This document shows, in pieces, positions 17,048-24,646 of a stretch of 39,249 bases of DNA (position 1 is the first letter of the stretch; each line of letters begins with the position of its first letter). Source of the stretch: a virus (lineage: Duplodnaviria > Caudoviricetes); IMG/VR virus record IMGVR_UViG_3300030376_002859, positions 1 through 39,249 of that record. One strand, 5' to 3'. The notes under the pieces were generated by a model, which had not been told where the DNA came from, made no database searches, and saw only the letters and a list, made by a program, of their open reading frames with translations. The translations under genes were made by a program, and so were the position numbers.

Positions 17048-17281
17048 CTATTTTAATTCTACTGTAACACCATTGTTATCAGTGTATAAGTATTCTGTTT
17101 TACTATTTGTGAATAAAAGTATATTACGCAAATTTTCAGCAGACATTGTAGTTAATATTCTTTCAGCACCTGCTCTAAGTTCATCATCCGTAGGACACTT
17201 ATCAAAATCTAATTGATTTTTGTTGATGATGATAGAAATACCTATCTTTATCTCTATTGTTTCTTCTAATATTGCACTCAT
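17048..17281 (-). CDS. Hypothetical early protein
   Basis: 77-aa ORF, GGAGG SD. Confidence 0.65.
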   Translation of the reverse strand: MSAILEETIEIKIGISIIINKNQLDFDKCPTDDELRAGAERILTTMSAENLRNILLFTNSKTEYLYTDNNGVTVELK

Positions 17282-17421
17282 TATTTACCTCCATTTGTAT
17301 ATAACAATATTTCTACTACACCGAATGCTATTATAAGTAAACTACCTATAAAAGGTATCAATAAGATCTTCAATGTAGTTACATTTATTTTATAGTTCTG
17401 TTCTTTAGTTAGTTTTTTCAT
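17281..17421 (-). CDS. 46-aa single-TM peptide, not in the ORF track
   Basis: MKKLTKEQNYKINVTTLKILLIPFIGSLLIIAFGVVEILLYTNGGK; GAGGAG SD; TAATG coupling downstream. Confidence 0.6.
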   Translation of the reverse strand: MKKLTKEQNYKINVTTLKILLIPFIGSLLIIAFGVVEILLYTNGGK

Positions 17422-17626
17422 TATTCTTCTCCTCTTCAACCCACATCTCATCATAAAACTGTTGGGCTAATTCTAATTCACCATGCCAATAAGCATATAC
17501 ACTATCTGACATTACCTCTGTGTTAATTTTGCCATTGATAATATCTTCAAGCAGCGAATTACTGTCGGTGCTATCAAATTTTTCAATCCAAAGATCTAGT
17601 TGTCCTAACATTATTTTTTTACTCAT
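17405..17626 (-). CDS. Hypothetical early protein
   Basis: 73-aa ORF, GGAG SD, TAATG coupling. Confidence 0.65.
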   Translation of the reverse strand: MSKKIMLGQLDLWIEKFDSTDSNSLLEDIINGKINTEVMSDSVYAYWHGELELAQQFYDEMWVEEEKNNEKTN

Positions 17627-17778
17627 TATTCTCCCTCCAGGATTTCAGGTTTTTTATACCACTTGTGAGTTACCTCATCAAAGTATACATTTTCTAAAGG
17701 CCTACTGTTGCCACCTGTATGTGACATCTTCTTGCCTTTGCTTTTTCTATTCTTACCTTTAATTAATTCTTTAGCCAT
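17626..17778 (-). CDS. Small basic early protein (start reassigned to MAKELIKG)
   Basis: GGAG SD before ATG 17778. Confidence 0.55.
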   Translation of the reverse strand: MAKELIKGKNRKSKGKKMSHTGGNSRPLENVYFDEVTHKWYKKPEILEGE

Positions 17779-18103
17779 TATATTTCTCCATATGTTTAAG
17801 TATAAATTTAATATTATTATTAACAAATTTTAAATCTTTTTCTAACACAGCTATTCGGTCTTCTAACAATTCTTTTTCAAAAGATGCATCAGAAAAATTT
17901 CTTAATCTACCAAGTACATCATCTTTATAATATCTTTTATTGTAGGCGTCATCACCAAAAGCTATCTCGAATACTTCCTCAATAAATTTTTGATCTGTCA
18001 TAGTTCCATTCCATTCAAATATTTGTTTTAAATTCATATTAGATTTTTTATCGTTTAGTTCTTTTATCTTTTTAAGACCTATTATGTTTAGGGGATCAGT
18101 CAT
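17771..18103 (-). CDS. Hypothetical early protein (start probably MTDPLN)
   Basis: GGAGG SD; ATG close to the upstream stop; C-terminal coiled-coil-like segment. Confidence 0.6.
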   Translation of the reverse strand: MTDPLNIIGLKKIKELNDKKSNMNLKQIFEWNGTMTDQKFIEEVFEIAFGDDAYNKRYYKDDVLGRLRNFSDASFEKELLEDRIAVLEKDLKFVNNNIKFILKHMEKYNG

Positions 18104-18351
18104 TTTACCCTCCATATTCGCCATTGATTATCACCTACTTTTCTACTCAAAAACTTGTGACCAGAATTACTTCTTTTGGCACGAGTATATGTATGAGATA
18201 GAAAAGCTTTTACTAATTTATAGTCTTTTACTAATATAGAATCGTTAACTTCAAATTCTAATTCGTGAAAACCATACTTACTTAGTTGTGGTCTACCTTG
18301 TCCTGTATCTTCAGGCATAGGTATACCTTTTTCTACTTTTATTTCAGTCAT
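18100..18351 (-). CDS. Small putative DNA-binding protein (KGIPMP...GDS..V...RIWR type)
   Basis: IKVEKGIPMP..GRP..KY.F.ELE.NDSILV and C-terminal RIWRVK, a pattern recalled from small phage proteins. Confidence 0.6.
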   Translation of the reverse strand: MTEIKVEKGIPMPEDTGQGRPQLSKYGFHELEFEVNDSILVKDYKLVKAFLSHTYTRAKRSNSGHKFLSRKVGDNQWRIWRVK

Positions 18352-18790
18352 TTTTAATCTCCTCTAAAATTGTTTCTATACATTCTTTTGCATAGCCATA
18401 ATTATTATTATCAATATGTCTTTTAGCTGTTCTCAACATATGATGTATTCTGTTGGGTTCATATGCTTTATTACGAAAGTTATTGATACGATCTTGATAT
18501 TCATCAATCATTTTTTGGTATAATTCAATAGTCTTTTTATACCCTGCATTATAATAAGGCTCTACATCTAGGTAAATTCTCCAATCACTTGCGTGTTCTT
18601 TTGGAATATCTCTCCAATAAGTTCTAGAAGGTTTACCTGTAATCTTGGCTACCTCAGACGCTTTACCAGATGGTCTTACTAATAGCTTATAGCTATCTTT
18701 ATTAAGATATTTTTTAAGATTTTCTAGTGTAGCGTTACCTTCTTTATTGTTAGGTATCTTAGCTATAAATCTTGTAGTTCTTTTACTCAT
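18344..18790 (-). CDS. Hypothetical early protein
   Basis: 148-aa ORF, AAGGAG SD. Confidence 0.7.
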   Translation of the reverse strand: MSKRTTRFIAKIPNNKEGNATLENLKKYLNKDSYKLLVRPSGKASEVAKITGKPSRTYWRDIPKEHASDWRIYLDVEPYYNAGYKKTIELYQKMIDEYQDRINNFRNKAYEPNRIHHMLRTAKRHIDNNNYGYAKECIETILEEIKND

Positions 18791-18957
18791 AGTTCTTCTC
18801 CTTTTAATTCTTTTACACCTATAATAGTATAAGGAGGGTTATCTCCTTGTTGTAAATGTTTTAATGATTTATAAGTTATATCACCATCAGTTAATGTTCC
18901 GTCACTTGACTGAACAAAAACATAACCATCTTGTGTTATATATTTTTTTAGTTTCAT
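18787..18957 (-). CDS. 56-aa hypothetical peptide, not in the ORF track
   Basis: MKLKKYITQDGYVFVQSSDGTLTDGD...; AAGGAG SD; ATGA overlap with the next gene. Confidence 0.6.
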   Translation of the reverse strand: MKLKKYITQDGYVFVQSSDGTLTDGDITYKSLKHLQQGDNPPYTIIGVKELKGEEL

Positions 18958-19230
18958 TTACTTTTCTCCTTTTTGGTATCATGGTTTAATAGATATAATG
19001 CTGTGTGATACCAATTCAACAGCTTATATGTTCTCTTATATTCTCTGCAATACTCCAGGAATTTTGGATTGTGAGTTACGCTCATTATATATTCTCCATA
19101 AATAATTCAAATAAAGTATCTTCACTTAGATCTTCTGCATTGATACCTTTTGTCTTTAGGTATTCAATTTGTTTTTTCCTGGTATCACCACTTTCAGTCA
19201 TGTCGTGAAACCAAGTATCAAATAGTTTAC

Positions 19231-19710
19231 TCATCTAATCCAATCCTCCAAATCATCTTCAAGATATCCTTTAAAATCCATACCAGTTTCTGCATAATAC
19301 CATTCGATATTTAAATCTCTATCTTTCTTGAAATGAAATTTCCAATCTAACTTTTCAAGAATACCTAGAGGTGGCGACCATGCAGTATCAAAATGATACT
19401 TTACAGAATCTTTTTTAATATCTACCTCAATGTATTCAGGATCTAATTCCCACTTAGTACCCCAATGTAGTATTTTCCAATCATACCAATTATCTGCACC
19501 ATATTGTACTTTCCACCATTCAGAGTTCTCTTTTTGTCTGTCAGGTTTTAAACTTTCAGAGCCACTTACAGTTCCCTCTAATTCTTTAGGCATAGGATAT
19601 ATTTTATTAAAATCAAATTTACTTTTTTTAGATGAAACAAATTTGATAAACTCTTTTACTTTCTTTTCGTCACCACTTATTGTGACTTGATTCTGACACC
19701 AATTAGGCAT
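19231..19710 (-). CDS. DUF1281/YubB ferredoxin-like domain protein
   Basis: MPNWCQNQVTISG, FDFNKIYPMP, WYDW...WGTKW, FDTAWSPP signature. Confidence 0.8.
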   Translation of the reverse strand: MPNWCQNQVTISGDEKKVKEFIKFVSSKKSKFDFNKIYPMPKELEGTVSGSESLKPDRQKENSEWWKVQYGADNWYDWKILHWGTKWELDPEYIEVDIKKDSVKYHFDTAWSPPLGILEKLDWKFHFKKDRDLNIEWYYAETGMDFKGYLEDDLEDWIR

Positions 19711-19912
19711 TTTTAATCCTCCAATCTGTTGTACCCTCAGGGTATTTTAATTCTACTGTATGTCCTGCCCCTTTAAAGTGACTTTCAATTAATCTTAATA
19801 TTGATATGTCATTAAAAGTTGCATGATATTCTCCATCAATAAACATTTCCAAAGGTAAATCTTTATCGTTGGGAAATTGTTTTTGAAACCATTTTAATCT
19901 TTCTTTACTCAT
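19703..19912 (-). CDS. Hypothetical early protein
   Basis: 69-aa ORF, AGGAGG SD. Confidence 0.65.
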   Translation of the reverse strand: MSKERLKWFQKQFPNDKDLPLEMFIDGEYHATFNDISILRLIESHFKGAGHTVELKYPEGTTDWRIKNA

Positions 19913-20134
19913 TTAGTCCTCCTGTGGGTTTATAATTGCTATGATATCATCTACATAAATGCTACCACACTCATCAAACAATCCTATTTCAGATCCTTTG
20001 ACATCGACAAGTAAAGTCTTTTTAAATCCCTTACCTTGTCTGATACTTTCCATAGCTATCGCTCTGGTAGGTGTACCTAATTGTTTAGTATACAATTCAG
20101 TACCCTTTTTTATATTTTCAAAACCTTTAATCAT
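19913..20134 (-). CDS. Hypothetical early protein (start reassigned to MIKGFEN)
   Basis: AGGAG SD before ATG 20134; beta-rich with GLFDECGSIY. Confidence 0.65.
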   Translation of the reverse strand: MIKGFENIKKGTELYTKQLGTPTRAIAMESIRQGKGFKKTLLVDVKGSEIGLFDECGSIYVDDIIAIINPQED

Positions 20135-20162
20135 TTGTAATCTCCTATTTAATTTATCCGAA

Positions 20163-20822
20163 TTAATGAAAAGGATATGCAACATCGGATATATTGCTAT
20201 CCCAACACTTACGACAATCTAGACATGCACCACCTTGATTTTGTGCAGGACATGACCAAGAATTGCCTAAGAATTTTTTATCAGTTATTACGCTTGATGT
20301 ATTCTTAAAAGTTTCATTCCTAAGTTTACCATTTTTCATGGGTGCTGAAACTCTGAACACAATATTATCAGGCATATTTAACCTCTCTTTTTTAGCTTGA
20401 TTTATAAAGCCAATCTCTCGTGTAGGTATCCAAAACTTGGTATCAGGTGATAACTTGGCAACCTCTACAATCTTTTTTAAATGTTCATAGCTTTGTAAAT
20501 CACCGCTTGAATGAAACCTCATATATTTTACTTTGTAATGTTTCATTTGGTAGGCCATACCTTCAACCCATTTAGGATTATATAAACTTTCCAAATGTTT
20601 CTTATGAGATTTACCAACTGAACCATTTTTATATCGTAAGTAATTACCTCTTTGAGCATAGCAACCCTCACAAGTTGAACCCTCAACCTGGACAAGCTTT
20701 GAACCTTTTATACAATCCCATGCAGATAAGTCATAATTATATTCAGGCATTTTAGAGTTTTGATTTGTAACGCCACCTCCTGTAACTTCCTTAGCTTCTT
20801 TAAGTGTTGTAATAGTACTCAT
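20163..20822 (-). CDS. Gp88-like protein (radical-SAM-related, Cys-rich)
   Basis: SKMP..C-X13-CEGCYA, RFHSSGD, FWIPTRE, C-terminal CPA..CLDCRKCW and terminal His. Confidence 0.75.
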   Translation of the reverse strand: MSTITTLKEAKEVTGGGVTNQNSKMPEYNYDLSAWDCIKGSKLVQVEGSTCEGCYAQRGNYLRYKNGSVGKSHKKHLESLYNPKWVEGMAYQMKHYKVKYMRFHSSGDLQSYEHLKKIVEVAKLSPDTKFWIPTREIGFINQAKKERLNMPDNIVFRVSAPMKNGKLRNETFKNTSSVITDKKFLGNSWSCPAQNQGGACLDCRKCWDSNISDVAYPFH

Positions 20823-20973
20823 TTTTTCACCTCTTTATTAATTAAATCTTTAACCCAATATTTTGATTGAGTTTGTTTTATACCATGAGATAATAATTTT
20901 TTAGCTATCTCATTATAATATTTTTCAGGCATAAATTCCCAAAGTATTTCTAATTCCTTTTCAATATCGTCAT

Positions 20974-21249
20974 TCATTGTATCACCTCATAATTAGTTAT
21001 TTTAACTGAGTTTTTATAATGGTTATTGATTTTCTCAGATACTTTTACAATATCTTTTAAAACATAACCTTTATAATTGTATGTAATATTATTAATTTTC
21101 AATACATCATTATTAAAAATGCTTATATCTTCAAATTTCTTTTGAGATATATTATATATTTTATCATCAATAATTTTATATACATTGTCGCAATTAGAGA
21201 AAAATCTTCCCTTTGTTGCTTGTTTTAATATTTCGATATCAATAACCAT
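20974..21249 (-). CDS. Hypothetical early protein
   Basis: 91-aa AT-rich ORF with AAGGA SD. Confidence 0.55.
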   Translation of the reverse strand: MVIDIEILKQATKGRFFSNCDNVYKIIDDKIYNISQKKFEDISIFNNDVLKINNITYNYKGYVLKDIVKVSEKINNHYKNSVKITNYEVIQ

Positions 21250-21261
21250 TATTAAAAATCC

Positions 21262-21492
21262 TTATTTTATTGGGATAAAAGATTTTTTCTTATCTTTTGT
21301 ATTTGTTAAAGCTTTTTGAACATCCTTTACCTCTTCCCATAAATACCTCATTATCATATCAATTTGCTCTTCTGATAATTCATATTGAGAATTTCCAAGA
21401 TTGCCTAATAATCTGATAGATTTTAGGGTTTTTGGTAATCTTGTATTCGTAAGCCTTAAAGTTTTTTCGCTTTTTGTTTCTGTTGTAGTCAT
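21262..21492 (-). CDS. Conserved-type helical hairpin protein
   Basis: RL...RL.K.LKSIRLLGNL.N..YE.SEEQID pattern recalled from phage and prophage proteins; AGGTG SD. Confidence 0.65.
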   Translation of the reverse strand: MTTTETKSEKTLRLTNTRLPKTLKSIRLLGNLGNSQYELSEEQIDMIMRYLWEEVKDVQKALTNTKDKKKSFIPIK

Positions 21493-21518
21493 TTTTACAC
21501 CTATTTTTTAAAGTTAAT

Positions 21519-21551
21519 AAAAAAGGATTGATGATAGAAACACCAATCCTT
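21519..21551 (-). terminator. Rho-independent terminator-like hairpin
   Basis: Minus strand AAGGATTGGTG-TTTCTAT-CATCAATCCTT followed by a T run. Confidence 0.65.
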
Positions 21552-21629
21552 CACTTGTATTTTATCCATAGCTAAAAGCATTGAATAAAATTTGTTGTTA
21601 GATACTGCACAAATTGGAGTATCTAGAAT

Positions 21630-22070
21630 TTATTTAATTTGATTAATTTTGCTCCTATCAAAATTATCAATAGTATTTTTATAATATTTTAATTCGTTTT
21701 TAATCGTCATTCTTTCTTCGTTAGTCTGATTTTCAATACCTAAACCCTCAGACTGAACCTTTTCAAGATTAGAACATATTCTAAAAGTTGATATCCATTT
21801 ACCCTTTTTGGTATGGTAACCGCTTTCAATACTTGCTTTCTCAATTTGCTTTCCAAGTGGTGCAATATTGCGGAAAGGTTTATCTTCAATCAAAGTATCT
21901 TTAATTAATTGATAAATTGTATTGTTATCAGTTTTATTAGTGCCATAATTAGTGGCTTTATTGATAATATCTTTTCTTTGAATTTCACTTAAAGAAACAT
22001 CATTAAAACGCATTAGATTTTTGCATAATTGCTTATTGGTAAATCTGTAAACCTTCTGAGATTTTCTCAT
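21630..22070 (-). CDS. First early gene, hypothetical basic protein (start reassigned to MRKSQKV)
   Basis: AAAGGAGG SD before ATG 22070. Confidence 0.65.
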   Translation of the reverse strand: MRKSQKVYRFTNKQLCKNLMRFNDVSLSEIQRKDIINKATNYGTNKTDNNTIYQLIKDTLIEDKPFRNIAPLGKQIEKASIESGYHTKKGKWISTFRICSNLEKVQSEGLGIENQTNEERMTIKNELKYYKNTIDNFDRSKINQIK

Positions 22071-22132
22071 CTGATTTAATCCTCCTTTATTTTGGGACAT
22101 TCACAAAGTGGAACATCCATCTAATATCTAAG

Positions 22133-22161
22133 AGGTTATAGGAAACAAAAAATAAATGCAA
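22133..22161 (-). promoter_or_regulatory. Early sigma70-type promoter
   Basis: Minus strand TTGCAT-N17-TAACCT (overlapping TATAAC) with AT-rich upstream region. Confidence 0.55.
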
Positions 22162-22321
22162 GCATTAATTATATTTTTTTTATAAATAGTAAAACTTTGT
22201 AATATTTATAATATAAATAGAAAGGGTTTTCTGCCAATAATTAAATTTAAAGATTTTAAATACCAATATACTCAAGTGGTTAACATTGCTTGTATGGGCT
22301 TTAAAATCGTTTTAAAGGCTA

Positions 22322-22536
22322 TGTTGCATAATTGAAACACTTTTTATCTATTTGGTGTATATATACATTATAAATATCATTTTCAAAAAGGGGAGGTGTG
22401 GTTTTAAAACAACAGTTAAGGGATATGCTTTTTAGAATGGTTCTAAAGTAATACTAGTTGTATAATTGCAACAAAAAATAGATACATATTTACAACAGTT
22501 CGCACCATGCATTAAGCTTGTGTTATTTATGCAACA
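22322..22536. repeat. Five 18-bp TGT-N12-ACA-like imperfect palindromes
   Basis: 22322-22339 TGTTGCATAATTGAAACA; 22397-22414 TGTGGTTTTAAAACAACA; 22456-22473 AGTTGTATAATTGCAACA; 22480-22497 AGATACATATTTACAACA; 22519-22536 TGTGTTATTTATGCAACA. Confidence 0.7.
22431..22447. promoter_or_regulatory. Irr box (iron control element, ICE)
   Basis: TTTAGAA-TGG-TTCTAAA is an exact match to the alphaproteobacterial ICE consensus TTTAGAA-N3-TTCTAAA. Confidence 0.7.
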
Positions 22537-22778
22537 GTTTAAATTTCTGGTTCAAAAGGTGTGTAATATGTGTAGGCCTCTTGATAACAAGTGTGTAACA
22601 AGTGCATAACGCTGTACATACGCAAGTTCAGTAAGTTACACACACAGGGGCACATATGAGCCATGCCACCCCACCACGTACGTATATACCTATCTTACAT
22701 AAAATTTGGTATATCGGATGTTAAGCAGTTCATATCTACGTATTTGTAATAATTTTAGGGAATATGTTGTTAACTAAG

Positions 22779-22807
22779 TTGACACCAGGTACCAATCAGG
22801 TTACAAT
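22779..22807 (+). promoter_or_regulatory. Near-consensus sigma70 promoter at the start of the plus arm
   Basis: TTGACA-N17-TACAAT; ATG 22816 follows 8 nt after the -10. Confidence 0.75.
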
Positions 22808-22815
22808 ACGTATTT

Positions 22816-23352
22816 ATGACGAATGGGAAATCTGAATATTTAAAGAATTGGCATAAGAAAAGAATGAATGCTGATCCTATTGAATATAAATTAGATACAA
22901 TGTTGAGAGGTGCTAAGAATAGGGCACGAACTAAGAGACTTAGGTTTAACTTGCATATAGACTATGTGAGAACTATAGCCAAAGAATACTGTCCCTACTT
23001 TCCAGAGATTAAATTAGCTTATAAGACTGATAAAAGAAAAGGTTGGAATCTAAGCTCACCATCCCTAGATAGAATAATACCTGAAATAGGTTATGTTGAG
23101 GGTAATGTAGAGATTATATCTATGAAAGCTAACTTAATTAAATCAAGTGCAGCATCAATGGATCTCTATAGAGTAGCTGATAGGTTATATGAGTTTGAAA
23201 GGGATAATGAAGTGCTGTCCATCTTACCTAGTGAATCACTAAATGAATATAAACAGAGGGTAGGGTATTATAACCCCACCAACTTAGTTGGATACAGTTA
23301 TACTCGGTTTCTCAGATTTGTCAACAACAAAATTTTAAGGGGTTTGAAATGA
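22816..23352 (+). CDS. HNH/His-Me finger endonuclease-like protein
   Basis: AKNRA..K.L.FNL, CPY, SPSLDRIIPEIGYVEGNVEIISMKANLIKS. Confidence 0.75.
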   Translation: MTNGKSEYLKNWHKKRMNADPIEYKLDTMLRGAKNRARTKRLRFNLHIDYVRTIAKEYCPYFPEIKLAYKTDKRKGWNLSSPSLDRIIPEIGYVEGNVEIISMKANLIKSSAASMDLYRVADRLYEFERDNEVLSILPSESLNEYKQRVGYYNPTNLVGYSYTRFLRFVNNKILRGLK

Positions 23353-23693
23353 CTGAAAAGTATCCAGTAAACTTGATAGGTAAAAGATATAGAAATAAAC
23401 TTGACAAAACGCAAAAAAAAGATATGTATGTTAACTTACTAGAGAAGTTTTACAGGCACTTAATAAAAGGTGGAAGGGGAACAGGTATTCACCTACCTCA
23501 TTCCAGAGTTTTTTATATTAGGGCTGCAATGCGTGAGGATAAAGATTTTATTGCTAAGTTGGGTAGAGTACCTACCTTACAGGAAGTTGAAGAAGCATTA
23601 GATAAAGAAATCGGTAGTTATTGGAGTACTAGTGAAGTACCTGAATGGTTTGCCCAGAAGTATGATTTTATCAAAGATAAAGAAAAACCATAG
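23349..23693 (+). CDS. Hypothetical protein (start uncertain)
   Basis: 114-aa ORF with ATGA overlap; promoter-like motif inside its 5' end. Confidence 0.6.
   Translation: MTEKYPVNLIGKRYRNKLDKTQKKDMYVNLLEKFYRHLIKGGRGTGIHLPHSRVFYIRAAMREDKDFIAKLGRVPTLQEVEEALDKEIGSYWSTSEVPEWFAQKYDFIKDKEKP
23401..23431 (+). promoter_or_regulatory. Putative late promoter, copy 1
   Basis: TTGACAAAAC-N11-ATATGTATGT; both 10-nt blocks and the spacing match 34941-34971. Confidence 0.6.
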
Positions 23694-23699
23694 TCCCTC

Positions 23700-23848
23700 T
23701 ACTCATTGGCCTTATTCTTGCGAGGTTCGTGTCAATAGTAATTTGTTTGAGATCCAGTGATTCCACTAGGAAGATGACTGAATCAGATAAATAAACCTTC
23801 TGGGTACGAGGGTGTGGATATACTCTGCACCCTCACACAGGATAAAGG
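23700..23848 (+). ncRNA. Candidate structured RNA of three tandem hairpins
   Basis: TACT-C-ATTGGC/GTCAAT-AGTA; ATTTGTTTGA/TCAGATAAAT with inner CAGT/ACTG and TTCC/GGAA; GAGGGTGTGGA/TCTGCACCCTC; G-U pairs favour the plus strand. Confidence 0.5.
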
Positions 23849-24025
23849 ATGTATGAAGCGTTTAAAATTACTGCGTGCATACTTGGTGTAGCAAGTTTAT
23901 ACATTGGGTTAGTAGCGTTAATAGAAAATAAAGGGGATTTGTTTTTTTATGTATTACCATTTAACGTATTATTTATTTGGTGGTATACTAAAAGGCAACT
24001 AAGATATGGCAAGAAAGAAAGCTAA
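23849..24025 (+). CDS. 58-aa two-TM membrane protein, not in the ORF track
   Basis: MYEAFKITACILGVASLYIGLVALIENKGDLFFYVLPFNVLFIWWYTKRQLRYGKKES; SD spacing is poor. Confidence 0.45.
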   Translation: MYEAFKITACILGVASLYIGLVALIENKGDLFFYVLPFNVLFIWWYTKRQLRYGKKES

Positions 24026-24305
24026 GAATATACCGAAGACTACTAAAGGTAAAGGTGCTAACTATAGACCTACTAAGTCTGGAGCAGGTATGACAAAAAA
24101 GGGGGTAGCTGCGTATCGTAAAGCTAACCCTGGTTCTAAACTAAAGACTGCAGTTACTGGCAAAGTTAAGAAAGGCAGTAAAGCTGCGAAAAGAAGAAAG
24201 TCTTATTGTGCTAGATCATTAGGACAACTAAAGAGAAGTTCAGCTAAAACAAGAAACAATCCGAACTCTCGTATTAGACAAGCAAGAAGAAGGTGGAAGT
24301 GTTAG
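24006..24305 (+). CDS. Highly basic protein, DUF6321-like
   Basis: GAGMTKKGVAAYR..NPGSKLK, RRKSYCARS, SRI..ARRRWKC. Confidence 0.75.
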   Translation: MARKKAKNIPKTTKGKGANYRPTKSGAGMTKKGVAAYRKANPGSKLKTAVTGKVKKGSKAAKRRKSYCARSLGQLKRSSAKTRNNPNSRIRQARRRWKC

Positions 24306-24482
24306 ATGGCTGCAAAGAAAAAAAAGAAAACAACTAAGAAAAAAGGTGCAAAACCTACTAACCCTGCATTATACGCTAGAGTAAAAGCAGAAGCTAAAAG
24401 AAAGTTTAAAGTATATCCGTCAGCATATGCTAATGGGTGGTTAGTTCGTACTTACAAAAAACGTGGTGGAGGATATAGATAA
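24306..24482 (+). CDS. 58-aa highly basic protein, DUF5872-like, not in the ORF track
   Basis: MAAKKKKK..PTNPALYARVKAEAKRKFKVYPSAYANGWLVRTYKKRGGGYR; ATG directly after the upstream stop. Confidence 0.75.
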   Translation: MAAKKKKKTTKKKGAKPTNPALYARVKAEAKRKFKVYPSAYANGWLVRTYKKRGGGYR

Positions 24483-24634
24483 TGCACTATACTAAGAAAC
24501 TAGATAAAGTAATTAAGGGTTTAAAAAAAGCATCTAAGCTACATGCAAGTCAGGCTAAAATTTTATCAGGCATAAACAAAGATCAAAAGAAAAGATATAA
24601 AAAACCTAAGAAACATCTAATACCTAAAAAGTAA
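24482..24634 (+). CDS. 50-aa highly basic protein, not in the ORF track
   Basis: MHYTKKLDKVIKGLKKASKLHASQAKIL...; GGAGG SD, TAATG coupling. Confidence 0.7.
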   Translation: MHYTKKLDKVIKGLKKASKLHASQAKILSGINKDQKKRYKKPKKHLIPKK

Positions 24635-24646
24635 TAGGAAAAAGTA

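Noticed and set aside
21611-21630. Second Irr box (TTGGAGTATCTAGA)
   Set aside because: Wrong spacing and several mismatches; better explained as an RNA hairpin arm.
22322-22536. CRISPR-like array (spaced palindromes, Cas4-like nuclease elsewhere)
   Set aside because: Repeats are short, degenerate and irregularly spaced; the Cas4-like gene sits in the replication module like an ordinary phage exonuclease.
22580-22612. DnaA-box array
   Set aside because: Only AGTGCATAA approaches TGTGNATAA; the others have several mismatches.
22648-22672. Sixth copy of the C(N)AC/CC loop (GGG-CA-CAT...ATG-CCAC-CCC)
   Set aside because: Only 3-bp stems, CA instead of CC, alternative pairings possible, and not in an evident transcript.
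23715-23745. GGTTCG resembling a tRNA T-loop
   Set aside because: No T-stem closure, cloverleaf or acceptor stem; the region folds as simple hairpins.
23755-23781. Possible kink-turn (CAGUGA / GAUGACUG)
   Set aside because: The register needed for a 3-nt bulge plus tandem G-A pairs disrupts the adjacent stem; kept only as a GA-rich internal loop.
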